Part shown: one piece after another, positions 10,006 through 19,801 of the stretch
How positions within the stretch are numbered: the first letter of the stretch is position 1
How the letters are laid out: each line of letters begins with the position of its first letter
NCBI GenBank assembly: GCA_963667255.1
Contig: OY762940.1
Coordinates: forward strand, 864,001-928,000
DNA from: Candidatus Cloacimonadota bacterium
Lineage (GTDB): Bacteria > Cloacimonadota > Cloacimonadia > G963667145
DNA length: 64,000 bases
Direction of reading: 5' to 3'
Notes under the pieces: generated by a model
The model's database searches: none
What the model was told of the DNA's origin: nothing
Seen by the model: only the letters and a program-made list of their open reading frames with translations
Made by a program: the position numbers and the translations under genes

Positions 10006-11397
10006 TTATTCTGATGTGGGAGAAGATTGTTCCAGTTTTGATAGTATCTCCTTGCCGTATTTATAGATATCGCCGGCTCCAAAGGTAATTAGGATGTCGC
10101 CAGGTTTCAAAAGTTCCAGCGTAGTTTTGACTATGTCTTGATTAGTGCTAATGGTGTGAACGCCGTTGTGATTGCATTTGATGGCTGCTTCGCTGATGAG
10201 CAAATTCGTAACACCTTCGATTTTCTGCTCTCTGGCAGGGTATATCGGCGAGACCAAAACCAAATCTGCATCCATAAACGATTTGCCAAATTCTTCCGCA
10301 AAATTTAGAGTTCGCGAGTAGAGATGAGGTTGAAATAGAGCAACTATTCGCCCTTCAGTTGTATTTCTCACACCTTTGAGAGTGGTTTTGATTTCTGTCG
10401 GATGGTGGGCATAATCGTCGAAAATAGTGATATCGCTTGCGGTGCCGATTTTTTCCAAGCGTCTTTTTACTCCGCTAAAGTTTTGCAAAGCGGTTTTGAT
10501 GGTCTCAAAATCCAAATCGAGTTCCAGTCCAATTGAAATTGCCAAAAGAGAGTTCAGGATGTTGTGTTTCCCAACTAAGTTTACATCTATTCTGCCCAAC
10601 AATTTATTGTTGTGATACAGGTCAAAATTGGAAATGCCATTTTTAAATTCAATGTTCTTTGCCCGCAAATTTGCTTGTCTGGAAAATCCGTAAGTGACGA
10701 TTTTTTTATCTATCTTGGGTAAAATATCTTTGATGTTTTCGTCTTCCAAACATACGGTAACCGAGCCGAAAAATGGCACGCTGTTAGCGTATTGGATGAA
10801 AGCTTTTTTCACTTCTCCCAAGTTCTCATAACAATCGGTGTGGTCTAATTCGATGTTGGTTATACCCGCTAAAACCGGAGTTAATGTTAGGAAAGAGTGG
10901 TCGTATTCGTCCGCTTCTACTACCACATAATTGCTATCGCCCATTTGGGAGTTGCTCCCGATATTTTTGACAATTCCACCGACGATGATGGTCGGAGATA
11001 GTTTTGCGAAATTGAGCAAATGCCCGACCATAGATGTGGTTGTGGTTTTGCCGTGGGTCCCTGCAATGCCGATACCAAATCGCATTCGCATCAACTCGGA
11101 GAGCATTTCAGCCCGTTTAATGACGGGAATGTTTAGGCTTTTGGCAGTTACTACTTCGGGGTTATCCTGTTTCACGGCAGATGATATGACGACTACATCT
11201 ATCTCTTTGTTAATCAGCGAACCGTCGTGACCTTGAGTTATTTTCGCACCATTTTTTATCAGTTCCAGACAGTTTTCGTTCAGATTCATATCGGAGCCGG
11301 TGATGGTAAACCCTTGGTTTAGCAAGATACCAGCTATACCACTCATCCCGATACCTCCGATACCAACCATATGTATTTTTTTGGTTTTTCGTAACAT
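10006..11397 (-). CDS. murC: UDP-N-acetylmuramate--L-alanine ligase
   Basis: GIGGIGMSG, GTHGKTTT, EADE, DDYAHHPTEI, FQPHLYSRT. Confidence 0.97.
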   Translation of the reverse strand: MLRKTKKIHMVGIGGIGMSGIAGILLNQGFTITGSDMNLNENCLELIKNGAKITQGHDGSLINKEIDVVVISSAVKQDNPEVVTAKSLNIPVIKRAEMLSELMRMRFGIGIAGTHGKTTTTSMVGHLLNFAKLSPTIIVGGIVKNIGSNSQMGDSNYVVVEADEYDHSFLTLTPVLAGITNIELDHTDCYENLGEVKKAFIQYANSVPFFGSVTVCLEDENIKDILPKIDKKIVTYGFSRQANLRAKNIEFKNGISNFDLYHNNKLLGRIDVNLVGKHNILNSLLAISIGLELDLDFETIKTALQNFSGVKRRLEKIGTASDITIFDDYAHHPTEIKTTLKGVRNTTEGRIVALFQPHLYSRTLNFAEEFGKSFMDADLVLVSPIYPAREQKIEGVTNLLISEAAIKCNHNGVHTISTNQDIVKTTLELLKPGDILITFGAGDIYKYGKEILSKLEQSSPTSE

Positions 11398-11569
11398 TTA
11401 TTCGTCCCTTGTAAAAATTTGATTTTATAAATTAAGTAAGAGAAAAATTGACAAGATATTTTTTTGATTGACTGAAAATTAAAATTTTTTATTTGCTCCT
11501 GAATATGGGAAGGATGATATAAAGTTTCAAAATTATGAGTGATGATTGTTGAGTTGATAAGGATAAAAG

Positions 11570-12310
11570 ATGATTAAAAATAAGAAAATAGTTGTTGTAA
11601 TGCCTGCATATAATGCGGAAAAAACTTTAGAAAAAACATATTCGGAAATTCCTTTTGATATTGTGGACGATGTAATTCTTACTGACGATTTTAGTAATGA
11701 TGATACTGTTAAATTGGCACAAAAGTTAGGGATCAAAAATATACTGAGACACCAAAAAAATTTGGGATATGGTGCAAATCAAAAAACATGCTACCAAAAA
11801 GCGTTAGAATTAAATGCAGATATTGTTTTAATGCTACATCCGGATTATCAATATACTCCCCAGCTAATACATTCTATTTGTTATATGATTGCTGATGGTG
11901 TATTTCCTGTGGTTTTGGCTTCCAGAATTTTGGGAAAAGGGGCTTTGAAAGGTGGTATGCCCCTTATTAAATATGTTGCCAATAGATTTTTGACATTTGC
12001 CCAAAATATTTTTTTGAATCAAAAGTTATCGGAATATCATACAGGTTACAGGGCTTTTTCTGCTGAAGTAATTAAATCTATAAATTTGAAAGGGAATTCG
12101 GATGATTTTATTTTTGATAATCAAATGTTAGCACAGATATTTTATAAAAATTATGAAATCGGAGAATTGACTTGTCCTACTAAATATTTTTCCGAAGCTT
12201 CTTCCATTAACTTATGGAGAAGCACAAAATATGGAATTGGTGTTTTGTTTGTTTCATTGCAGTTTAGGTTAGCTAAATTGGGATTTTATAAAAGTAACTT
12301 ATTTGATTGA
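11570..12310 (+). CDS. GT2 glycosyltransferase (DPM1-like)
   Basis: VVMPAYNAE, TDDFSND, NLGYGANQK, HPDYQY, TGYRAF. Confidence 0.9.
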   Translation: MIKNKKIVVVMPAYNAEKTLEKTYSEIPFDIVDDVILTDDFSNDDTVKLAQKLGIKNILRHQKNLGYGANQKTCYQKALELNADIVLMLHPDYQYTPQLIHSICYMIADGVFPVVLASRILGKGALKGGMPLIKYVANRFLTFAQNIFLNQKLSEYHTGYRAFSAEVIKSINLKGNSDDFIFDNQMLAQIFYKNYEIGELTCPTKYFSEASSINLWRSTKYGIGVLFVSLQFRLAKLGFYKSNLFD

Positions 12311-12359
12311 TTTTTTGGGATACAAGATTTGATAGATATTTGTTTTGGTTCAAGACAAC

Positions 12360-12387
12360 TTGACAAGCAAATTACACCAGTTAAGAT
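12360..12387 (+). promoter_or_regulatory. Candidate sigma70 promoter
   Basis: TTGACA-N16-TAAGAT just upstream of the IS1595 remnant ORF. Confidence 0.4.
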
Positions 12388-12392
12388 AGTAT

Positions 12393-12905
12393 ATGCCGAT
12401 GAGTAACAAGGGTGTAAAAAATGCCAAAATTTCGGAAGAGAAATTTAGAGAAATAACTATGTATTTTTCTTTAGATATTGAAGCCAGTAGAACTGCAATT
12501 TTGACTAAAATTTGTAGAAATACGAGTAATAATTATTTGTTCAAAATTGGAGAAAGAATTGTTTAGTTTTGCTGTGAAGATTCTCAATTTTCTGGTATAA
12601 TTGAAATAGATGAATCTTATTTTGGTGCAAAGCAGTTAAAGGTAAACGAGGGCGTGGAGTTGAGGAAAGATAAAAGTTTTGGATTACTAAAATGAAGTAA
12701 CAAAGTTTATACACAACTGGTTGATAATTGTAGCAGAAAGACACTACAATCAATTATAAAAGAAAGGATAAAAATGTCAGTGAAAATCCACTCTGATGGG
12801 TGGGAAGCATACAATGGGTTAGTCGATTTAGAATATCAAACCCCAGCGATGTGGCCACTAAAATAATGAATTTGCAATAAAAATGGACATATAAATTGGA
12901 GATAA
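12393..12905 (+). pseudogene. Decayed IS1595-family (IS1016-like) transposase
   Basis: Fragments AKISEEKFREI..FSLDIEA, FSGIIEIDESYFGA, KGKRGRG, KVYTQLVDNCSRKTLQ, IHSDGWEAYNGL, NEFA and GHIN, broken by stops and frameshifts; 3' part missing. Confidence 0.8.
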
Positions 12906-12911
12906 TGTTTT

Positions 12912-13877
12912 ATGGACTTTGATATAAAAGCCCCTGTTTTAGCTTTAGTTTTACCTTGTTACAACGAAGAAGAAGTGTTGCCAACAACAATTAGCCGATT
13001 AACCGAAGTGTTGCAAGAATTAATTGGTTTACAAGAGATTTCAGAATTAAGTTATATGATGTTTGTTGATGATGGAAGTTCTGACTTAACTTGGAATATA
13101 ATTGAAAAAAATTTTGAAGCCAATAAATTTATTAAAGGAATTAAATTTTCAAAAAATTTTGGTAATCAAAGTGCCTTATATGCAGGTATGCAATCTGTTT
13201 TAAATAAATGTGATTGCTTGATTACAATCGATGCGGATTTACAACAAGATGAAAGAAGTATTATTAATTTTATAAAGAAATTTAAAACTGGTTCAGAAGT
13301 AGTTTTAGGTATAAGAAAAAGTAGAAAAATAGATAATATTTTTACAAAATTATCATCAACATGTTTTTATAATTTAATGAATCTTATGGGTGTTAAAATA
13401 GTTAAACATCATTCAGAATATAGGCTTCTTAGTAATAAGGCAAACACAGCATTATTAGGTTTTAATGAAGTAAACCTATTTATCAGAGGTTTAGTTAATT
13501 TAATTGGCTTTAAAACAGATTTTGTATTTTTTACTTGCAAAACTAGAGAAAGAGGAAAAACAAAATTTTCAATTACCAAACTTATTTCTTTAGCTCTTGA
13601 TGGAATAACCTCTTTTAGTGTAGTGCCTTTGAAATTTATTAGTGTAATGGGATTATTGATTTTTCTTATTTCAATCAGTATGATTTGCTATGTTTTTTTT
13701 ATTGCTTTATTTACAGAAAAATCAGTTCCAGGTTGGGCTTCTACTGTTTTACCGATTTATTTTCTTGGAGGAATTCAAATAATTTTTATCGGTATATTAG
13801 GCGAATATATGGGCAAAATATATAAAGAAACAAAAAAAAGACCTTTATATTTTATTGAGAAAAAAGTAGGGATTTAA
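12912..13877 (+). CDS. GtrB-like bactoprenol glycosyltransferase (GT2 plus two C-terminal TM helices)
   Basis: PCYNEE, VDDGSSD, SKNFGNQSAL, IDADLQ, DGITSFS..PL, GEYMGKIYKETKKRPLY. Confidence 0.92.
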   Translation: MDFDIKAPVLALVLPCYNEEEVLPTTISRLTEVLQELIGLQEISELSYMMFVDDGSSDLTWNIIEKNFEANKFIKGIKFSKNFGNQSALYAGMQSVLNKCDCLITIDADLQQDERSIINFIKKFKTGSEVVLGIRKSRKIDNIFTKLSSTCFYNLMNLMGVKIVKHHSEYRLLSNKANTALLGFNEVNLFIRGLVNLIGFKTDFVFFTCKTRERGKTKFSITKLISLALDGITSFSVVPLKFISVMGLLIFLISISMICYVFFIALFTEKSVPGWASTVLPIYFLGGIQIIFIGILGEYMGKIYKETKKRPLYFIEKKVGI

Positions 13878-13887
13878 GGATTTAAAT

Positions 13888-15474
13888 ATGTTTTTAAAAA
13901 GAAAGAGATTGTTTTTTTGGGGAATAGTGTTTTTTTACTTTATTTTGATTTTTTATAAGGCAAATTTAGGGATTATAGATGATTATAATTTAGCTGGCAG
14001 TTTTTTTGAAGGGAGATTTTTAAGTTTTTTTATTTTCCCTGAAATTGGAAGGTTTTTCCCTTTGTTAGGGCTTGAATACAATTTTGTTTCTCTTTTTTTA
14101 GTTTGTCCTGTTGCATTTTATACTTGCAATGCATTTCAGTTTTTGTTAGTAGTTTTTTTATTGTTCAAAATTTTAGATGAAATAATTATAAATAATAAAT
14201 TGAAATATTTTTTAATTTTAATTTTTATTTTAAGTCCAGGTTTCGTTACAAGTTGGCTTAGATGCTTAGTTGCCGAAAGGGATTTGGTTCTTTTTTTTGT
14301 TATTTTCTTATACTTTTATCTAAAATTTCAAAATAATCAAAAATTATTATTTTTAATTGTAGGGTTATTGTCTGCCAATATAGCTCTTTATTATAAAGAG
14401 CCAGGGTTTTTGATGCTGGGAACTTTTTCTTTTTTCCATCTTATTTTTGGCTGGAAAGAGATAAATGTAAGACGAAGAATCTTTGATTTTTTACTGCTAT
14501 TTTCCAGTTTTATTTTTATTGTGGTTTACTATTTTGTAGTATATATCCATCGTGGTGAATCTTTATATGGAAATAGCAGTTGGCAGCCATTTTTTTATTC
14601 TTTTTCGCTTTTTATAAATTATGTTTTGAACAATCCTCTTCTTTTTCTAAATATAATTTTTTTTCTTTGGAGATGTTATTGTTTTTTTAAAAAGAAAATT
14701 AAATTTAATTTTCTTTATGATTCCATGTCTTTTGCTGCGATAGTTTATTGTTTAGTTTATTTCAAGATGAGAATGTTTACACCTTACTATTTATTACCGG
14801 CTTATGTTTTTGCATTGCCCGCTTTAGTTTATTATTTTAGTAATATTAATTGGAGAGAAAAGATTTTTCTGAAAATTGCTTCAATTGCAACATTATTGTT
14901 AGTTGTTTGTAGTAGTTTACCTGCTGGACTTTATTGGTTCTCTTTTTATAAAAATATACCTCATAATTACCAAAAAACACTTGTTTTTTTAGAACCATAT
15001 ATTAAAGAAAAATTTGCTAAAGGGGAACGAACTAGTATTTTTCTTTATGGAATATATAGAAACTCTAACTCGGAAGTGTATGGGAGTTTTAGGTTTTTTT
15101 TGTGCGAATATAAAAAATTACCTACAATGTCTTTTGATTTGAAAACAGACATAGAATCTAATAAAAATCGTTGTAAAACCGCCGATTCGCCATACTCTTT
15201 TTGGAATAAAGAAGAAATTGATAAAATCGAAAAAGGTGATTTGCTGATTGTAACACCATACACTTACAAAAATTTTTATAAAGATTCTTTTGATGATTTT
15301 GAGACGATTTTTAGAACAAATTCTCCGATTGTTATCCCAGATGTTAGTTTGAGAGCGATTATTAAATATTTTGTTTCCAGCTATATTCATGAGCACTCAG
15401 ATAATCCCGGAATGTATTCCAATAAATTTTTGGGCTTGCCTCAAGATTTTTATGTGCTCAGAAAAATAAGATAG
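13888..15474 (+). CDS. Polytopic membrane protein, probable GT-C/GtrC-type glycosyltransferase
   Basis: About 10-11 TM segments, IDD near the N-terminus, GRFFPL, YKEP; directly follows the gtrB-like gene. Confidence 0.6.
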   Translation: MFLKRKRLFFWGIVFFYFILIFYKANLGIIDDYNLAGSFFEGRFLSFFIFPEIGRFFPLLGLEYNFVSLFLVCPVAFYTCNAFQFLLVVFLLFKILDEIIINNKLKYFLILIFILSPGFVTSWLRCLVAERDLVLFFVIFLYFYLKFQNNQKLLFLIVGLLSANIALYYKEPGFLMLGTFSFFHLIFGWKEINVRRRIFDFLLLFSSFIFIVVYYFVVYIHRGESLYGNSSWQPFFYSFSLFINYVLNNPLLFLNIIFFLWRCYCFFKKKIKFNFLYDSMSFAAIVYCLVYFKMRMFTPYYLLPAYVFALPALVYYFSNINWREKIFLKIASIATLLLVVCSSLPAGLYWFSFYKNIPHNYQKTLVFLEPYIKEKFAKGERTSIFLYGIYRNSNSEVYGSFRFFLCEYKKLPTMSFDLKTDIESNKNRCKTADSPYSFWNKEEIDKIEKGDLLIVTPYTYKNFYKDSFDDFETIFRTNSPIVIPDVSLRAIIKYFVSSYIHEHSDNPGMYSNKFLGLPQDFYVLRKIR

Positions 15475-15530
15475 AATAAAATAGCTTGACTCCGTTCATA
15501 GTGTTCGCACATTCGACAATGTCGTAAGTA

Positions 15531-16430
15531 ATGCGTAATCAAGGTGTAATTTTGAAAGTAAGAAACTATTTTAATTCTCGTAAAGTTTTGATTGAAGACT
15601 TTATCAAAGAGAGGATGAACAACTATTCGTGTCCCGATTTTCTCAAAAATGGAATGTCGGAGGTGATGCTTCGAGAGGACGACAAGGAACGGGGAATTTT
15701 TCTGTTTGCTGTGTATGAGTCGCTGATGGGCAGGAATAATACAGGTGCTATAAAAAAAATGGTGCCTGTAGCTGTGGCAATAGAGTATATCTATTCGGGG
15801 CTTTTTCTTCACGAGCATTTGCCTATTATGAATATTTATGGGAGCAATGAGTGGCATAAGAAATGCCAAGAGAAATTTGGTTTTGCCAATGTGGTGTTGA
15901 TTGGTGATGCTTTGCTTACTGAGGGATTCGCTATTTTGTCGGAGTTGTCCAAACCGAAGATGGCGGCTTATTGCGTAAAGGCTCTATCGGACGCTTTTTC
16001 CAGCAAGGGGTCGATTGCTGGATATGTTGTTGAGTCTAGTTCCATAGGGAAAAAGATTAAAGAAAATGTTTTGAAGTATATCCACACGAAAAAAACTGCC
16101 AGTATTTACAGGGCGATTGTGGATATTGCTTGTGAGTTTCATGGGGAAGTTAGTCAGGAAATGGCTTTTGATTTGAAGGAATATGCGTTGAATTTTGCTG
16201 TTGCCAAGGAAATCTTGAAAGAGACTGTTCTTTATGTGGAGATGAAAGAGGGAAGCACAAAGGTAAAGAGGATTGAAGACAAGTTGCTTTATCCGGATAT
16301 CGAAGGTTTGGATAGGTCAATCAAAGCTATAAGAAGGTTGCTGAAGACTGCTCAGGATGTTATTGAAGGGTTTGGCAATAATCAGATTTTGTTGGAGTTT
16401 TTGAACAAGCTAAGGTATGATATTCCTTAG
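15531..16430 (+). CDS. IspA/polyprenyl synthase homologue lacking catalytic motifs
   Basis: Fold landmarks AVAIEYIY, FG...VLIGDALLT.GF, IHTKKTA and KLLYP..GL are present; DDxxD motifs are absent. Confidence 0.75.
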   Translation: MRNQGVILKVRNYFNSRKVLIEDFIKERMNNYSCPDFLKNGMSEVMLREDDKERGIFLFAVYESLMGRNNTGAIKKMVPVAVAIEYIYSGLFLHEHLPIMNIYGSNEWHKKCQEKFGFANVVLIGDALLTEGFAILSELSKPKMAAYCVKALSDAFSSKGSIAGYVVESSSIGKKIKENVLKYIHTKKTASIYRAIVDIACEFHGEVSQEMAFDLKEYALNFAVAKEILKETVLYVEMKEGSTKVKRIEDKLLYPDIEGLDRSIKAIRRLLKTAQDVIEGFGNNQILLEFLNKLRYDIP

Positions 16431-16458
16431 TGTTGAAATTATGTGAAATTTTATTGTA

Positions 16459-17427
16459 ATGTTTAGATTTTTTTACTATGCTGCTTATCGTTTTAGATGG
16501 GCGGCATTTTTTTTAATAATGTTTTCTTTCAGCGGATTGCATGGGTTTTATGTGGGAAACCAAACTCCGTTTTTCAAGATTTTTGGTGTTCCCAAAGCTG
16601 AATCGGCAAAAATTTTTGCTGGGCAGGAACTTAGTGTAATATCTGATGTGTCGTATAATAGCGTGTCGAGAACCGCTGAGGATAGATTTCTCTATCTGAA
16701 AGGGGAATGCTATACCTTTAATTTTGTCTATTCTTGCAGTGTCGGGGGCAATTGGTCTGTTGGCGTTGAAGTCCCTTATGTTTTGGTTAGGTCTACCAAT
16801 TTAGTCAAGTTTGTTGATAAATATCATTCGTTATTGGGGATAAAAAGCAGAAGTATTAGCTGGTTGGATGCTCCGAGTTATTATTTGAACTTGCCCGATG
16901 CAAAAGTTTTGTGTAATGGGAATGATGAGGCTTTCGGTGATATGCTTTTTAAGGTGAAGAATAATTTTTATAAGTCTGACAATTTTTTTGCAAGTTGGCT
17001 TGTTTATTACAAGTTGCCCACAGGTAAAAAGGATGTCCTCACGGGAAGTGGGAAGAGCGATTTTTCTGTTGCTTTGAGTTGTTCTCACTATATGAAGAAG
17101 TTTGTGTTTGATTGTTTTTGTAGTGGTTCTTATCTCGGAGACTTTGCTCCATTATCAAAATATCAACGGAATTTTGTTTATACTGGAGATGTTGGTATGG
17201 ACTATTTATTTACCAAAAAATTTTCTGCAAGAACGCAAATCAATGGGAGCACAGCATATTACAAAAATACGGGGCTTGGCTCTTTTGATACAGGCTCATT
17301 GCAACTTCTCATCGGAGTAAAATATTTGATGGAGCGTTGGGAGTTTAAATTTTTTGTAGGCGAAGATTTAATCGTTACACATTCACCGGATGTGAGTATT
17401 AGCTTTAGCACGATTTATAGATTTTGA
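16459..17427 (+). CDS. Predicted outer-membrane beta-barrel protein (DUF3187-like)
   Basis: Signal peptide, alternating beta-strand pattern, KLPTG..LTGSG, FVGEDL...SPDVS, C-terminal YRF. Confidence 0.6.
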   Translation: MFRFFYYAAYRFRWAAFFLIMFSFSGLHGFYVGNQTPFFKIFGVPKAESAKIFAGQELSVISDVSYNSVSRTAEDRFLYLKGECYTFNFVYSCSVGGNWSVGVEVPYVLVRSTNLVKFVDKYHSLLGIKSRSISWLDAPSYYLNLPDAKVLCNGNDEAFGDMLFKVKNNFYKSDNFFASWLVYYKLPTGKKDVLTGSGKSDFSVALSCSHYMKKFVFDCFCSGSYLGDFAPLSKYQRNFVYTGDVGMDYLFTKKFSARTQINGSTAYYKNTGLGSFDTGSLQLLIGVKYLMERWEFKFFVGEDLIVTHSPDVSISFSTIYRF

Positions 17428-17495
17428 GTGGCTGGAGACAGAAAAAAAACTTTGACAGATATTCTTGCCAGTTGAGAGTAGCGAATGGAGGAATT

Positions 17496-19337
17496 TTGGA
17501 TTGCAAAGATAAAATTGTTGATATTTCGGGTTACAATAATCAGCAGTTGACTGAGTTAGCCGATGAGTTGCGAGAGCAGATTATAAGCGTTTGTGCCAGC
17601 AATGGCGGGCATATTGCACCATCGTTGGGAACTGTTGAGCTTACTTTAGCGTTGCTGAAGGTTTTTAATCCGGCTGAAGTTCCAATGGTGTGGGATGTTG
17701 GGCATCAAAGTTATGCGTATAAGATTTTGACTGGAAGAAAAGACAGATTTCATACTTTACGCAAACTTGGTGGGATTAGCGGGTTTAATAATATTTTTGA
17801 GAGCGAATACGACGCTTTTTCTGTTGGACACTCTTCTACCTCTATTTCTGCTGCTTTGGGTCTCGCTGTGGCACATCCAGAGAGGAAAGCTATTGCTATT
17901 ATTGGCGATGGTGCTCTCACGGGCGGAATGGCTTTTGAGGGGATTAACCATATTGGCGATTTGAAGCCTTCCAATTTGATAGTGATTTTGAACGATAATC
18001 AGATGTCTATCTCTCCCAATGTTGGTGGTTTGCAAAAAGCTTTGACCGATTTTTTGGTTTCCAAGAGTTACAATTTTTTGAAAAAAGAGGCTTACGATTT
18101 ATCCAAATTTTTGCCGGGGAACATTCGCAATACATTGTTGCATGGCTCAAGGAAGATGGAAGAGAGTTTGCTAAATATTTTTTCCAAGAATATTTTCTTT
18201 GAGGATTTCGGATTTAACTATATAGGTCCTGTCAACGGGCACAATATGCCACATCTGATTAAGGTGCTTTCCAAGATTGATGCGAATGTAAACGGACCGG
18301 TGTTGTTGCATGTCATTACCAAAAAAGGCAAAGGGTTTAGCTTTGCGGAAAAAGACCCTGAGATATTTCACGGGATTGCTCCTTTTAATCGGGAAACAGG
18401 CGAAATTTTGCAGGTGTCAAAACGCAGTTTTGCGAGTGTTTTGGGAGATGAGTTGGAGAGATTGGCTACTGCCAAAAATGATGTCTGTGCTGTTGTGGCT
18501 GCGATGTGTAAGGGTGTTGGCTTAGATAGATTTTCCAAGAAATTTCCAGATAGATTTTACGATGTGGGGATAGCGGAACAGCATGCCGTGACTTTTGCTG
18601 CTGGATTAGCCAGAGGTGGCAAAAAGCCTTTTGTTGCCATCTATTCCACTTTTTTGCAGAGAGCTTTTGACCAGTTGGTTCACGATGTTGCTATGCAAAA
18701 ATTGCCTGTTGTGTTGTGTTTGGATAGAGCCGGTTTGGTGGGAGCAGACGGAGCGACTCATCACGGAGTGTTTGATTTGGCGTATCTCAAGATGATACCC
18801 AATTTTGTAGTCTTGGCTCCTTTTTGTGAAAAAGAGTTTGTGGAGATGCTGAACTGGGCTGCCGATTATTGCGATGGACCTGTGGCTATCAGATATCCGC
18901 GTGGCGATGTGCCTGATGATAAATTCGCTGAATTTGTTTTGGGCAAAGCTGTTGTAGATAGAGCAGGTTCTGCGGTTGCGATTTGTTCTGTGGGAAATAG
19001 CTTGACTGATGCCAGAGAGTTGGTGGACATTATGCACAAAGATGGGATAGATGCTAAAATTTTGCATTACAATTGCATTAAGCCTTTTGATTACACAGCT
19101 TTGGACACGGCTCTCTCGGAAAATATCAGTGAGTTTATCACTATGGAAGATGGTGTTCTCTTTGGAGGATTTGGAGAGACTGTGAGCGATTATCTCTGCG
19201 GGAAGAGGGCGAAAGTTTTCAAGTTTGGCTATGGAGATGAGTTTGTGCCTCACGGGACGGTTGACGAATTGAAAAATAAACTTGGTTTGAAACCAAGACA
19301 AATTTATAAGAAATTTCTTCAAGGGAGGAAGATGTGA
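17496..19337 (+). CDS. dxs: 1-deoxy-D-xylulose-5-phosphate synthase
   Basis: GGHIAPSLG, WDVGHQSY, GHSSTSIS, GDGALTGG, GIAEQHA, AIYSTFLQR, DGATHHG; TTG start after GGAGG. Confidence 0.97.
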   Translation: MDCKDKIVDISGYNNQQLTELADELREQIISVCASNGGHIAPSLGTVELTLALLKVFNPAEVPMVWDVGHQSYAYKILTGRKDRFHTLRKLGGISGFNNIFESEYDAFSVGHSSTSISAALGLAVAHPERKAIAIIGDGALTGGMAFEGINHIGDLKPSNLIVILNDNQMSISPNVGGLQKALTDFLVSKSYNFLKKEAYDLSKFLPGNIRNTLLHGSRKMEESLLNIFSKNIFFEDFGFNYIGPVNGHNMPHLIKVLSKIDANVNGPVLLHVITKKGKGFSFAEKDPEIFHGIAPFNRETGEILQVSKRSFASVLGDELERLATAKNDVCAVVAAMCKGVGLDRFSKKFPDRFYDVGIAEQHAVTFAAGLARGGKKPFVAIYSTFLQRAFDQLVHDVAMQKLPVVLCLDRAGLVGADGATHHGVFDLAYLKMIPNFVVLAPFCEKEFVEMLNWAADYCDGPVAIRYPRGDVPDDKFAEFVLGKAVVDRAGSAVAICSVGNSLTDARELVDIMHKDGIDAKILHYNCIKPFDYTALDTALSENISEFITMEDGVLFGGFGETVSDYLCGKRAKVFKFGYGDEFVPHGTVDELKNKLGLKPRQIYKKFLQGRKM

Positions 19338-19801
19338 TCAAATTTAATCTTAATGGAAAAGATGTATCTGTTGATGCGGACCCTTTGAAATCTTTGGTGA
19401 GAGTTTTGAGAGAGGATTTGGAGTTGACCGGAACGAAAATCGGTTGTGCCGAGGGAGAATGTGGAGCTTGCACTGTTCTTTTTGAGGGGAAGCCGGTTAC
19501 CAGCTGCACGATGAATCTTATCCATGCCGAGGGTAAAGATGTGAAGACTGTGGAATGGGTTGCTGCCAGCAAATTGGGCGAAGTGATTAAGAAGGCTTTT
19601 TACGAGGAAAATGCTGTGCAATGCGGATTTTGTTTCCCGGGATTTATGGTGACGACTTATCATTATATCTCCAGTGGTGGCACGGACGACCGAGAAAGCA
19701 TCAAGAGAGCGTTGTCGGGAAATGTCTGCCGTTGCACAGGTTATGAAAAGATAATCTCGGCTGTGCAAAGAGCGTGCAACGATGCAAAAGGGGTGAAATG
19801 A
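19334..19801 (+). CDS. Xanthine/CO dehydrogenase-type [2Fe-2S] small subunit (CoxS-like)
   Basis: GTKIGCAEGECGACTV, QCGFCFPG, GNVCRCTGY. Confidence 0.92.
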   Translation: MIKFNLNGKDVSVDADPLKSLVRVLREDLELTGTKIGCAEGECGACTVLFEGKPVTSCTMNLIHAEGKDVKTVEWVAASKLGEVIKKAFYEENAVQCGFCFPGFMVTTYHYISSGGTDDRESIKRALSGNVCRCTGYEKIISAVQRACNDAKGVK

